NCBI GenBank assembly: GCA_951406725.2
Contig: OX597817.1
Coordinates: 137,020,001 to 137,084,000, forward strand
Direction of reading: 5' to 3'
Length of the DNA: 64,000 nt
From: Octopus vulgaris
Lineage: Eukaryota
Every line of letters starts with the position of its first letter. Positions within the stretch are counted from its first letter, which is position 1. The notes beneath the pieces were generated by a model. That model was given only the letters and a program-made list of their open reading frames with translations. It was not told the DNA's origin and ran no database searches. Positions 51,408-64,000 of this stretch are shown here, in pieces. The translations under genes and the position numbers were made by a program.

Positions 51408-51650
51408 GCTTCCTCACCGTTCCACCATTGGTAACTAAAAACCTACTTACACGAATCCAACATACACATATGCACGCACATAGTGCGCACGCATACACAT
51501 ACACACAAACATACATTCATCTGGCGCGTGTTTCTATGTGCGTGTGTACGTACGTGTGGGTGTGAGTATGCTGTGCGCGTCTGTATGCAGGAGTGGTCGT
51601 GCGTGCGTGTATGTGTGTGTGTTTGTGTGTGTTTGTGTGTGTATGTGTGT

Positions 51651-51725
<75 letters not shown>

Positions 51726-51961
51726 CGTGTAGGCAATTAGTTCAATGCTAATCAGAGCACGCGGACTCGATTCCCTGTCGATTTTGTCTTTAATTTATTT
51801 GATTATTCTGATATTTAAGGACTGACTTTAATGACTACAACGGTAATTTACTGGTTAATGATTTAATAGTAATTTAACAGCGCCACCCACATCAAGAAGA
51901 TGGGATTAGGACCTCAGTCAAATAGAAGCCATCGAAAGACGGCTTTCTTATTTCATATTCT

Positions 51962-52014
<53 letters not shown>

Positions 52015-52184
52015 ATTCACTCACACATTCTATGTTTATAGTCATAAAAAATTGAGATATTTAGGAAGGGCAACAAGTGAAGTGGACGAAGAATTCTCGG
52101 ATCGTTAACTTCATTTGTTTTAAACTTAAAACACGTGATTTAAAACAGTCTTGTAGTTTTCATCATACTTTGTACTACATGAGT

Positions 52185-52440
52185 AGGTGTAGAGCCACAA
52201 TGGGGTAGCGGACTCGCGGTCGTGGGATCGCGGTTTCGATTCGCAGACCGGGCGTTGTGAGCGTTTATTGAGCGAAAACACTTAAAGCTTCATGAGGCTC
52301 CAGCAGGGGATGTTGGTGAACCCTGCTGTGCTCATTCACCACAATTTGCTCTCACCCTTTCTTCCTGTTTCTGTTGTACCTGTATTTTCAAAGGGTCAGC
52401 TTTGTTACACTGTGTCACGTTGAATATCTGACCGAGAACT
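52185..52440 (+). mobile_element. SINE family B, 5' two-thirds
   Basis: agcggactcgcggtcgtgggatcgcggtttcgattcgcagaccgggcg matches the head at 12423. Confidence 0.9.
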
Positions 52441-52585
52441 ACATTCAACATAAGTTGAATTTGAACTCAGAGTGCAGAGAGTCGCATTCTATCTGCAAAG
52501 TAATTCATCCGCCAGTCTAAAGACTCCACGAAAGTGAACGCCACTTGAGTATAAAGGACAATACCTGAGTTATTTAATAACTTGG

Positions 52586-52806
52586 GTCTTTTATCATTTG
52601 CTTGCTTTAGTCATTCGACTGCCGCCATGCTGGGACACTGCTTTGAAAAATTTTTAGGTGAATGAATCGAACCCGGTACTTATTCTATCGGTCTCTTTTG
52701 CCGGACCGCCAAGTTACGGAGACGTAAACACACCAGCACCGGTAGTCAAGCGGTGTTTGAGGACAAACACACACATGTACACACATACACACACACACAC
52801 ACACAC
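52586..52806 (-). mobile_element. SINE family A, 3' half
   Basis: gtacttattctatcggtctcttttgccg...gacgtaaacacaccagcaccggt. Confidence 0.88.
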
Positions 52807-53374
52807 GATTATTTTTATACACTTGGTTTTGAGGGTAACCAGGCCACTGAAACTCCCTTTGGTTTGAAACTACTTCATATCTCGTTTTGTCACTACTTCA
52901 TATCTCGTTTTGTCCTGGTTTGTGCGCATAATAAGTCAATCCCGATTCATTAAGTACGTAACCTAATCACTTTTTGGTAATTTGATAATTTTTACGAACA
53001 ATAATCTCAGCAGTTCAGTAAATATTAAGCAACGTTAAGTGTTTCAAAAGAAAATTATTCGCTAATTGCCGATGTTTATCTCCAACTCTTTACATATTTA
53101 GCTTTTGTGTTTGATGACAATAATGTTTGGATCGAGGAAAATACAACGAGATGCTAGGAAGGGTTGAGCACGGAGCAAATTACACAGCAGCGGTTATTTA
53201 GTCCTTTTTTTTTTTTTTTAGGTTTTGATTTGTAATGCGTTTTAGGTCGACTGTTAGTTAGTGAGGCCCAATTACGAGGAATTTATTCACTGAACATGGA
53301 AACCAAAACAACCACAACTTTTAAATCTGATATGTATGTGCATAAATAGATAAATATTTACTGGTTTTAAATTT

Positions 53375-53500
53375 CAAAACAAGCTCAGTAATTTTGAGGG
53401 AGGGAATAAGTTGAATACATCGACCCCAGTATCCAACTGGTATTTATTTTATCGACTTCCGAAATGATGCATGGCAAAATCCCTAACATTATGTTTAACA
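53375..53500 (-). mobile_element. SINE family C 3' fragment
   Basis: tacatcgaccccagtatccaactggtatttattttatcgac. Confidence 0.7.
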
Positions 53501-53599
53501 GAGTTAAGAACCGCCAATTTCGTATGATGCTTTCTAATTTGCGCCCTTTTGTAAGGATCTCCACCGTCGTCACCACCACAGATTGTACGTTCATATCAA

Positions 53600-54230
53600 C
53601 GATGCCTTGTTATGTGTATTGTCACAAGGCTTATATAGAAATGGGGCCACTCTCATCCACTGGTTGTTTCTTTCCTCTGCTACTTTGATCCAACTGCAGA
53701 TACCCATATTTAATTTCTTCAAGTTGTGTCTCACCAGACTTTTGTGTCTCAGCCAGCGGTCTAATCTGGTTACTCCTACTGCTAGTCAGCTGTTGGTAGA
53801 CTATTTCTCTTGTTAACTTTATTTTCTCCAATCTTTGGATATGTCATCGCTAACCCAGTATCTAGGGAGTTTGGCATTTTCTACATTAATGGTGTTCCTG
53901 ACTTTGTCTTTCCTTGTGTTGTCCTCGGTAAGTCTCAGGTATCTCACAATCCATCCACGCACCTTTCTCTTTTACCTGGTTGTGGTATAAAGTCCATACG
54001 ATCGATCCATACAGTATGGCGGATAATATCATTGTTCGGGATTCTTTGCACTTTAATTGGAATGTAACATTCTTGTTCTTTTACTTTGTCCCTCTTCTAA
54101 ACCACCGAACACTCAGCTGGCCTTATTTATCCTGGAATCTAGTTCATCACCTCACCTGTCATCTCTGTTAATTTTACTGCTCAGATTGTTAAAGAGACTT
54201 GTCTCTACTAGCTTCTGTTGTTTTAATGAT
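53600..54230 (-). mobile_element. RTE-like LINE relic
   Basis: ILSAILYGSIVWTLY resembles the LLYGSETWTL motif; downstream frames broken. Confidence 0.45.
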
Positions 54231-57090
54231 GATGATGATGATGGGTTCAAGTTGACTCAAGTCAAAACTTGACAAAGAAAATTTATGTCTTCCAGATGTT
54301 AATATTCAAGGTGACCTTTGTGGTTGAGCCCCTCCATCTAAATCCACAAAGGTTATGTGTGTCTTTTGTACTGTGGGGAGAGATGAGACAAGAACACAAT
54401 CATCAACAAACAATATTTCTTTCACTAACATGTTTGTAGTAATAATTTTAGTTTAGAGATGTGACGCTTTAAATAAGTTCCCGCCAGGTTTTGTCTCTAT
54501 GTATCTTCAGGTGACTTGTAGAATATCTCTTCAAACATAAATCTGATAATTTAAGTAAAAATAATGGGGATGCTAGCGCCGAGTCTTACTCGAAACTCAT
54601 TATAACGTCAGATGCAGGGATCGGGAGTTCAACTGTGTAACTTTACCTTTCATGTAATTGTATAACGAATCGATTACACGGTTGGTCTTTTCTAGACTTC
54701 TAAACTTATTTCTTACTACAGCCTTGATCGGTTTATTTCGTCGAATATCCTCGTCAATTCAGCGGGAGCCACATACAGCAAGTGACTTTGGAAAAAGTGA
54801 CCCACTCCAGCACGTCACTTTTTCCAGGTTTTCCTACTTGACGTATTCTGGTACAATCGCCATTTCAAGAAAGCGTTCTACTAAGCAATCAAAGTAGATC
54901 TGGCTTTTCGAAGTCCTTGCATTATGATGGCCACGAGAGAAAGAGTTAGGAATCCAAGGCTTTGGAGATGGTTGTTGGTAACAGCTGTTTTTATAACCTT
55001 TGAAATGTTAGAAGTGAATTCGGTCGAAAGATATTTGGTCGTATCACTAGATTGCTCACATTAGCACCTTAGCTTTGTTACAAATATTTGGATACGTTCT
55101 TGTAGAAATAGAGATCGAAGAGTTTGGTCAACATAATGGCTAGCTCTGGTACGCATTGTTTGACGATTACAAGATTACAGGAAGTGGCATACAAATATGA
55201 CAACTCCACAGAGAGATTACGATGTGATTTCTCATTCCGGGATAATCTTGGTTTCCTTCTTGTGAATCTTTAATGCTACTCCAGCGGAAAACAGTCATCT
55301 TATTTGAAAAGTCGGAACCGATAACACAGCATAATGGTTAAATAGAGTCTTTGGCAGTACAAAGAATCTATGAAGACATCAAAATAAAGCTTGAGAAGAA
55401 ATAATATTGTGGGTAATCGAAGACAATGGATGTATATAATCATGAAACAGGTAAATAGAGAAATGTGTAAAGCAGGTATTGTCAAGTAAAAAGAGAAAAC
55501 AGAAAAGTCTTTTGAAAATCATAAGATGGAATAAAAAGAAAAAGATTAGTTTAGATAAGAAAGTTCCTCGTACACAGCAAAAATCTACACAGAGCAAAAT
55601 AAATGGGAGGATTAAATAATTTTAATGAATTCTTCCCCTACTCTTGTTTAGTAGGTAATTAAGGGAGAGTTAATTAAAGGAGAGGTACTGTTGTTTCTGA
55701 AGAGGAATAAGTAAGACTTATGTATATATGAGATCAAGATGCATAAAGGAATGATATTTTGAAATATAAGAAAACAATTAGTCAGACCCCACCACCATCA
55801 CCGCCACCACCAATCCCACTAAATGTATTGACGGTTTTCATTTATGCATACTTCATATTTTCATATATACACATCCAAAATTAATATATACTCATCCAAA
55901 ATTCATGTACACATATCCATAATTCCTATACCCACCCATTAGCCATTCTCATAAAGAGATTGGTGATAGTGTGCATCTAAATGTTATCACAGGAATGGTT
56001 AGTAAGTCAGATGTAGAGCCTCAGTCTTGAAGATCTGATTTTTGCTGTACAAGAAGACTCCCAGAGAATTAATAAGAAAATATCCTTAGAGCCAAGAACC
56101 ACCGAGCTTCTAATTAGACAAATGGCGTAGAAAAAGACAATGGAAGTTGATAATGTAGTTGGCGGTTGTCTAACAATGGGTTTTCTCAAGAGTATAAGAC
56201 ATGATAATGTCGCACAGGTATTTGAAGTGTGGATGGGGTAGGGGTAATATTTTAGAATAATCGAATTTTAGAACGTTTAATTGCCTCAGGTTATTTTGGA
56301 CATTAAATGATGACAGGAGCAAGAGACCACGTCTCAGTATGTTCAACAGAATTGATTCTGTTATCGGAATCTAAAGTCCATCCGATAAAATTCCATACAC
56401 TTTCCTTCTCCTCATTATCAAGACTTGGGTTGAACCCGGGGTAAGGCAGATGGCGTTTACCAAATATTTTAGAGTGGAATCAAACCCTGAACTGCTTTTT
56501 TGCGAAGCAAATAGTTACATGTTTGTATTCAACTGTACAACCTTAATTAACGTTAAGATCGATTTTAATCAACCCACCCTATTCTCTTTACTCTGCACTT
56601 TTGGATTTGTATCGATGTTAAATATCATCGATTAATCAAAAGTAAACATATGAATAACGAGTGAAGGGGATGAATGACAATGACAATCACTCAGACAAGC
56701 CAGATTCTTTGTATGCAGAACGTGGAAGAAGAATTGTACAATTAAGGAATTAAGACAAGACAACCACTCTTGGTTTCTATAAACCTATAGCAGAAAATAA
56801 CAATATATTAGTAAAAATAGTAAAGGAACTTAAATTAGACAAGCAATCCTTCATTTACAAAATGGCTGACAAACATAACACTGAGATTGAAATAAAGGTA
56901 AACTAAGTAAATGTTGAGAAAGCAAGATTAAAGAAATGTATTATGAAATACATTTAAGAAGATTAGAATAGGCAAAAGGCAGGGAACATCTTTGTGTGAT
57001 CAATAACTAATCGAAAGATTTGATGAAGGCAAGAATTAAACAACCAGTTTCAGGACTGTGACTGAAGGCTACATAAATATAGTTTTGTCT

Positions 57091-57263
57091 CATTACCCCC
57101 ACTCCAAATATTATAGCATTACCTCCACTCCAAATATTGTATCATTAGCCCCACTCCAAATATTGTATCATTACTCCCACTCCAAATATTGTATCATTAC
57201 CCCCACTCCAAATATTGTATCATTACCCCCACTCCAAATATTGTATCATTACCCCTACTCCAA
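57091..57263. repeat. 26-bp minisatellite, about 6.6 copies (cattacccccactccaaatattgtat)
   Basis: Contiguous units without spacers. Confidence 0.97.
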
Positions 57264-57464
57264 CAGCTTGTTAAATGGAAGTATTATTATTTAAAACTTA
57301 CAGACTTGACCCACCTTTGGCATCAGTTACTACAGCGAGGAATTGACTCAGAGATGTTCTGAACGGTAGTTAAGAAAATTTCGAACCATTCTCCAAGTGA
57401 AACCGGTTTTAGAACTATCAGCGATGATGACGGATAGAAGCGGCTCCACGCTTGCTGCTCCTTA

Positions 57465-57835
57465 ACACACCATAAATGTTCGATTGTATTGAAATTCGGT
57501 GATTATGGGAACCAATGCAAGTGGTCCGTTTCTCTTTTGTGCTCTTTATACCAGATTTTGTATAAAATTATCACCTTGTGAATTGATGCATTATCATTTC
57601 CATCAGGGAACACTGTTTTTACTATAAGATGGACATAGCCAAAATACTCAGATAATCCTCGGTGTTAATAACTCTGCCATGCAGAATAACTAAAGTGCCA
57701 AGAGAATTCTTTGATATGGCTGCCCAAATCATTTCAGAGCTACCTCTATGTCAAACAGTGGAACATGGGACCAAACACTGGGCGTGAAACAGTCAGGATT
57801 GTAGACTTGTTTGAGCTGTCCATTATTTTGTCCAA
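57465..57835 (-). pseudogene. Tc1-family DDE transposase relic
   Basis: Minus strand MIWAAISKNSLGTLVILHGR...DYLSIL...FPDGNDNASIH...WFP*SPNFNTIEHLW, compared with the Tc1 motifs DNAPxH and WPxxSPDLNPIExLW. Confidence 0.88.
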
Positions 57836-57971
57836 CCACCGAATATCCAGCAAGTCATGCGCTCCATAAAAGAATCCTTATTACTTCCAATTTACCATAT
57901 CCAGAATATAAATCCTTCTAATTTATTCAGAAGACACAGAAGACATGTTCTTTATTATTGTTAGGAAGACT

Positions 57972-58027
<56 letters not shown>

Positions 58028-58255
58028 GGCAATTAGCTCCACACATTCACTGAAACTACTACATCAAGAAATGAGACTCAGGTTTTGGGAGTTCGAAGTC
58101 AATTTTTTTGTTTCCTTTCATATAATAACTTCTTTATTTTAATCCATTTTCTGAACCTTCTGTATGTCTTACCTTGAAACAATATACTCACACTCGCAGA
58201 TTTGCACAGATACAAACTCTCTTTTACATATACGCACATATATACATGCTCACTT

Positions 58256-58590
58256 ATCATCATCATCATTGTTCGACCGTGGTCGAGACAATGGAATTTA
58301 CTATGTTACGCCAGACTTCACGGTCCATCATAGCATTACGGAGGTCCTGTTGCTGGATGCCTGTATCCCTGGAGATTACATCAGGGTAGGAGAGTGTGCG
58401 CCCTCTGGTGTTGCGAGTAGATGGCTTCCAGAGGAGAAGAGTAGAAATTACTTCTTTTTCAGCTCTACAACAATGTCCAGCAAACTGGACTCTCCTACCT
58501 TTCACAAGAGATGACACAGGTGGTAATTTCCCATATATTTGCATTTTGGTTGGATGGCGCCTCCACGAGAGATTTTGAGCTCTCATAAGG
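58256..58590 (-). mobile_element. RTE-group LINE 3' end with (TGA)n tail, 5'-truncated
   Basis: Open frame AQNLSWRRHPTK...RRVQFAGHCCR...LLLWKP...RGR...AMMDREVWRNIV* followed by tgatgatga. Confidence 0.85.
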
Positions 58591-58619
58591 AGGCGAGTGT
58601 AGGAGGCTCACTTATACGC

Positions 58620-59560
58620 GCACGCATACCCTCATGCTCACACACATATACTCACACATATTTTCACACCCCGCCGTCATACATACTCACGTACACCATC
58701 CTCACACGTATACGTTTGCACGCAATCACACAAACACACATGCACATTCAGATACATTTCACACAGACACACACGCACACACACACATATACACGGGCAC
58801 ATAGAGACTCACACACACAAACATACACACAATCATGCCCAACCACATAGGGTCACACACCCACACAGGGAGAATACTCACACACAGATGTACATAACAC
58901 ACAGTGCTCACCCATACACACAACTACAGTGGCACACTCACAGCCGCAGAGAACCACATACATACGCCTACATGTATGCACAGTCGCACACACATTTACA
59001 CAAACACACAGCCAAAGCATACACATATGGGCATTCATATACACACAACGGCACACAAACACATACACTTGCATATAGACGCACAATCGTATACACAGAC
59101 GCTATTAAAAAGACACACGCACACACACACACACATACACACACACACACACATACACACACACACACACACACATACACACACACACACTCTGACACTC
59201 AGTGAGTGCGTGTGTGGGAGTGTCTGGGCGAGATGCATGCGTAGGTATTTGCATGTGTGTATGCGTGTATATGTGTGTGTATGTGTATTATGTGAATGTG
59301 TGTCACAAATATCTAAAAACGCAGCTAGACACTACATACACACACAGCAATGGAGACAGACAGACACACACACACATGTATATATATATACACACACACA
59401 TAATCATTGACACACAACTACAGATATACACATATACACATTCATGTATATACATATGCATTCTCCTTTATACCTACCCGGACATAGCACGCACAGACGG
59501 ACAGTCAGACACCCACCCGCAGATACACTTACGTCCACACACACACACACAATTACACAT
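58620..59560. repeat. Degenerate (CA)n/(TG)n low-complexity field
   Basis: Directly visible. Confidence 0.9.
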
Positions 59561-59712
59561 TATAGTCGGCAATCAATTGATTTCATCTCCCACTGTATGA
59601 CCTAAATGATGAGGTTTTAGTTTCCTGTCGAAGAGGAAGTTTGGTTGTAATTCAGTTCTTTGGGCGACCTGTCTCACTCGAACTTGTCTGTGCGTCTGTC
59701 AACATAAAATTA

Positions 59713-59748
<36 letters not shown>

Positions 59749-59952
59749 AACACTGACACAACTCCAACTTGAGCAACTTTACATGTAGATTTAGTTTTTT
59801 GGCTTGCTTTTTTTTTTTCTTTAGTCGAGATGTTCTACCCAATTCCACAGACTGAATAGAATACGGTCGTTACGAAAGCACCAGAGGCACACACACACAC
59901 ACACACACAGAAAAAAAAAACAGATGAAAGGGTTATCTAGTATTGCTATAAT

Positions 59953-60152
59953 TCTTTTCTACTCTAAGCACAATGCTTGACATTTTGGGGGAGGGGGCCA
60001 GTCGATTAGATCGACCCCAGTACGCAACTGATGATTTATCGATCCCGGAAGCATGAAAGGCAAAGTCGACCTCGGCGGAATTTGAACTCAGAACATAAAG
60101 ACAGACGAAATACAGCCCAGCGTGCTAACGATTCTGCCAGCTCCCCGCGCCT
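59953..60152 (-). mobile_element. SINE family C, near full length
   Basis: Head aggcgcggggagctggcagaatcgttagcacg...gagttcaaattccgccgaggtcgac on the minus strand. Confidence 0.9.
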
Positions 60153-60702
60153 TTATTGCTACATTTGTTTCGTGAGGAGTCTTTATTGTGACATAAGCAT
60201 AGCACAGTCAGGTATGCAGTATGCACAACGTCCATAAGATTACGTAATAGGCCACGCAGCTCTCATTTCGTCAGGTTAACTCAATAAACAAGCGAACTGT
60301 GACGTGTTGATTTATCAACAGAACATCAACAAGTGCAATTAATAATCAGAATTACCAGCATCTGAGAAATGTGAAGGGGGTGGGACTAGAACCTGTCAAT
60401 CAACGCGGCTGGATAGCAGAATGGTGTTGTCAATTAAAGAACAGTTTAAAAGGATTTCCATTCCAAAGATGTCATTAAACTTAGCTACTTCATTCGTCAA
60501 GGTTAGCAGAACATGCTTGGATACAGGCGCAGTAGAACTAGCAGCAGCAGTAATTGTAGTAGTAATTGTAGTTTTTATATTAGACTCAGGGGCATAATAA
60601 TAGCAATAACCACAAGAGAATAAAAAGGAGGAATGGTGTAAAATAGCAATAATAAGAATAAAATGTTAAATATAAAAAATACATACGTACATACATACAT
60701 AT

Positions 60703-60746
<44 letters not shown>

Positions 60747-61012
60747 TAACACACACACATGCATGCATGCATTCGTTTGTGTGTGTGTCTGTGTGCACAT
60801 ATAATGTAGATATGTATGCATGACTGTATTTTAATTGGTTTAAATCGGCGTGTGAGTTGCGTTCCTTTATACCTGAAATCTAATTTCGATAAATGGAGAA
60901 CGCTAAGATGAGTGTCAGACAAACAGTGCTGAAGTCGACATAGGGCGTACCCCAATATGGCTGCATCTAACGACTGAGAATACGAAACCAACATTAGCAA
61001 TAGAGATGCCTC

Positions 61013-61196
61013 TAGAATTTCTGGAGAGAGGGCCAGTCGATCACATCGACCCCCAGTACGTAACTGTTACTTAGTTTATCGACCCCGAAAGGATGAAAGG
61101 CAAAGTCGACCTCGGCGGAACTCAGAACGTAACGGCAGACGAAATACGGCTACGCATTTCGCCCGGCGTGCTAACGTTTCTGCCAGCTCGCCGCTT
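61013..61196 (-). mobile_element. SINE family C copy
   Basis: Head gcggcgagctggcagaaacgttagcacgccgggcgaaatgcg on the minus strand. Confidence 0.9.
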
Positions 61197-62489
61197 TAGA
61201 GATATCTCTAGAATGATCTGCAATGGTGTTTGTAAGCCTGTCTATATTTTCACAGCCTCCACTTGTGACTTATTTTGTGATGGAGATCTTCTAATGATAC
61301 TATTTATTTTAAGACGTTTACACTCATTGCTTTTTTCTTATGGGACCGAAAAGCCCGATTTCCGGTTGGAGAGTTAATTGAATCATTGTTGGGTGGGGAC
61401 TAATGACAGGGTATAGAAACAGCAAAAAAGATTCAATTTTTTTTTTTGCTTAGTGTTTTTTAATCTTTAATTGATACAAGATTCAGGTAAACAGCTAAAC
61501 TAAAAAAGAAACAAAACTAAATGCAGGTTTTGCAGATGAATAGAACAACAACTATAAAATCGTTTTCCTTATTCTCATATGACAAACGATGTTTTAGTAC
61601 GAACTAAAATAGAAAATAATTTGTTGAAATTCCTTCCATTAATACATCTGAAAGCTAATTAAACGCTGCATGTTATCGATTTCATCTTCGTTTCATGTCT
61701 GACATCTTTGTGGAAGTAAATAAACGCAGAAATAATAAAGTTATTTAAGAATTATTGCTGCCTTTATGATGGGTTTTCCGTCAATAATAAGGTCACACCA
61801 GTGTTGGTGCGCAGTTCACTTTTTTATGAATTGCTTTGTCAGTCTTTCGATTCACGTCTGTAACTTCTCCAATGTATCTCCGTGATTTAATGAACTGCGC
61901 TGTCAAGTCTTTCGCTACATGTCTGTAGCGTTTTCAATAAGTTTTCTGTGTCTTTGTGAATTATTTTGTAACAAAGATCAGAGCACTAAACTACACACTT
62001 CTCCCATTGGGTGTCTTTCATCTTTTGCAAGAATAAATCCAACAGGAGCTGGTTTAACATGCATTATTGGATGCTGATAAAATATTTATCAGTTACATTA
62101 ATGCAAATAAAGAGAGTAGCTCATCAGATCACCGGAATGCTTTTTTTTAGTTGCTTTAATCTGTGAATATACAATTGTATTCTGTAATGCTGAGCTTACA
62201 TATCACTACAGACATGCAGACTTAAATGAAATTTATACTAGAATGAAGAATGTTGTGAAACGGCGGTAACCCTATGAAAGTCACAGAGTTATAAATATAT
62301 GTGTAAATATTGAAAAGATCTACCATATTCATGGGTGTTGGTACTTAGCTGAACGCGTATTTTCATACGTAAAATCGGCATTATTTATGTAATTAATTGC
62401 GTTTTATCTTTGGAGATCATTTGGTTTTCTGCCACTATTACTGTATTTTGAATTTAGAATGAATTTCAGCCCCGCACGAGTAGCATTCA

Positions 62490-62915
62490 TGTATGTCATT
62501 ATTCAGTTTATTCCAAGACTTCTTGCCAATAGAGAAAAAACCGGTTTCTAACTTAGAAGGCTCCTTCATTGGAATTTCAACATCAACAACAGAGTATGTA
62601 TGTGCAGATTTGTATGTTTTATGTATGTATTCTCATGCATATAGTTGCATATTTAGACATGCTCATATATATCTAAATGATAAACTTCTAAAAACTTTTA
62701 CAGACTTTTACAGTTCCAGTGATGGATTGGATCTGTAGTCTTCGAATTAGCTGTCTCCTTTCTGGTTTTGAGAAGCCTAATTTCTTAAAATTGGTATTTA
62801 GGAAGTGTGTTACATACCCCAGGGTCCCAATAATTACAGGTATAAACCAGAACTTGTAATCTGTTGATTTCTCAATTGTTCAGCATACGTGTTCTCTTTT
62901 TCACTGATCTTGAGC
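62490..62915 (-). mobile_element. R4-like CATA-associated LINE 3' end, fourth copy
   Basis: Colinear with about 32205-32685, including the terminus ...gaataatgac|atacatg. Confidence 0.9.
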
Positions 62916-63616
62916 TGGTCATGCATGTGTGTGTGTTTGTGTGTGTCTGTGTGTGTATGTGTGTGTAATTTATGAACCGACTCATCAATTTTCTTTCTCT
63001 ATGTATTCTGAGATCTTTCTACCAATGAGCTTCTTTCTTAGTAAATATATAACAACGCACATTGACATTGAAATTATACAGATTTCCACAAGAATTCAAC
63101 CAGCAAATAAGAAACAACACAAACGATAAATATATTCAATTTAATTCTTGATAACGAATCTGAGGTCTAGAAAACTCGGATATGGCTTTAAGAAATCTGT
63201 TTCAGACCAACCGTAAGACTAAGAAAATATGTAAAATATATAATTGAAATGGATAAAGCTTGAACATAGAAAAAGAAAAAACTGGCCCCAATACATGTGC
63301 GCGCGAGTGAGTGTGTGTGTGTGAGAGAGAAAGAGAGAGAGGGAGGGAGAGAGCTTAAGAAGAATTATTGATACAGTCACAATATTTGAAGAAAGATTTT
63401 ATTAAACTAAAAATGATTAAATATCTTAAGAAAACAGTATGACACAAATGTTTGCAGAGAAGCATAACTTTCATTCGTAATTTGACTGTACTAGTAGCCA
63501 TCACTGGTTAAAACAAGAAACCGATAGTTCAGTTTGATCATATTATGTATATTATTAACTAATAATAATTGTTTGTTAATGAAACGTGCGTAAGATGTTG
63601 TGCCTAAATATTATAA

Positions 63617-64000
63617 CTCTTACTCTTTTTACTCTTTTACTTGTTTCAGTCATTTGACAGTGGACATGCTGGAGCAACGCCTTTAGTCGAGCATATCGAC
63701 CGCAGGACTTATTCTTTGTAAGCCTAGTACTTATTCTATCGGTCTCTTTTGCCGAACCGCTAAGTTACGGGGACGTAAACACACCAGCATCGGTTGTCAA
63801 GTGATGTTGGGGGGGGGGGACAAACACAGACACGCGCGCGCACACACACATACACACACACACACACATATATATATACGACAGGCTTCTTTCAGTTTCC
63901 GTCTACCAAATCCACTCAGAAGGCTTTGGTCGGCCCGAGGTTAAAGTAAAAGGTGCCACGCAGTGGGACTGAACCCGGAACCATGCCGTTGGTAAGCAAG
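63617..64000 (-). mobile_element. SINE family A, runs off the window
   Basis: Colinear with about 11414-11800. Confidence 0.92.

Noticed and set aside
52868-52914. Short direct duplications (also about 6990-7024, 18131-18170 and 26911-26976)
   Set aside because: Ordinary slippage duplications of 2-3 units.
57091-57263. CRISPR-like regular repeat
   Set aside because: Units are contiguous without unique spacers; no cas genes; eukaryotic context.
61750-62140. Possible second transposase relic or hammerhead (ctgatgag on the minus strand)
   Set aside because: No further motifs recoverable in any frame.

Overview
AT-rich eukaryotic DNA, probably intronic or intergenic, saturated with microsatellites and decayed transposable elements. 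The repeat landscape resembles Octopus (coleoid cephalopod) genomes; this is inferred from recalled family features, not a database search. No intact protein-coding gene, rRNA, true tRNA gene or CRISPR array is evident, and almost all ORF-track entries are microsatellite artefacts. Supported content: (1) at least four tRNA-headed SINE families, about 20 copies; (2) non-LTR retrotransposon relics (HERO-like, several R4/Dong-like, Tx1/L1-like, RTE-like, CR1/L2-like); (3) a Ty3/Gypsy gag-PR-RT relic; (4) Tc1, Chapaev3-like, mariner-MITE and hAT-MITE DNA transposon remnants; (5) short Penelope-like pieces with hammerhead-ribozyme-like motifs. Most notable: a 506-bp palindrome with 236-bp arms centred on a half-hammerhead, within a nest of inverted repeats (9.4-11.8 kb); retroelement families each associated with one microsatellite type (CATA, GATA, TAA, TA); and a speculative two-exon, 85-aa secreted-peptide precursor with a GKR site (18071-16584, minus strand). 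Element boundaries were read by eye and are approximate unless a junction is quoted.
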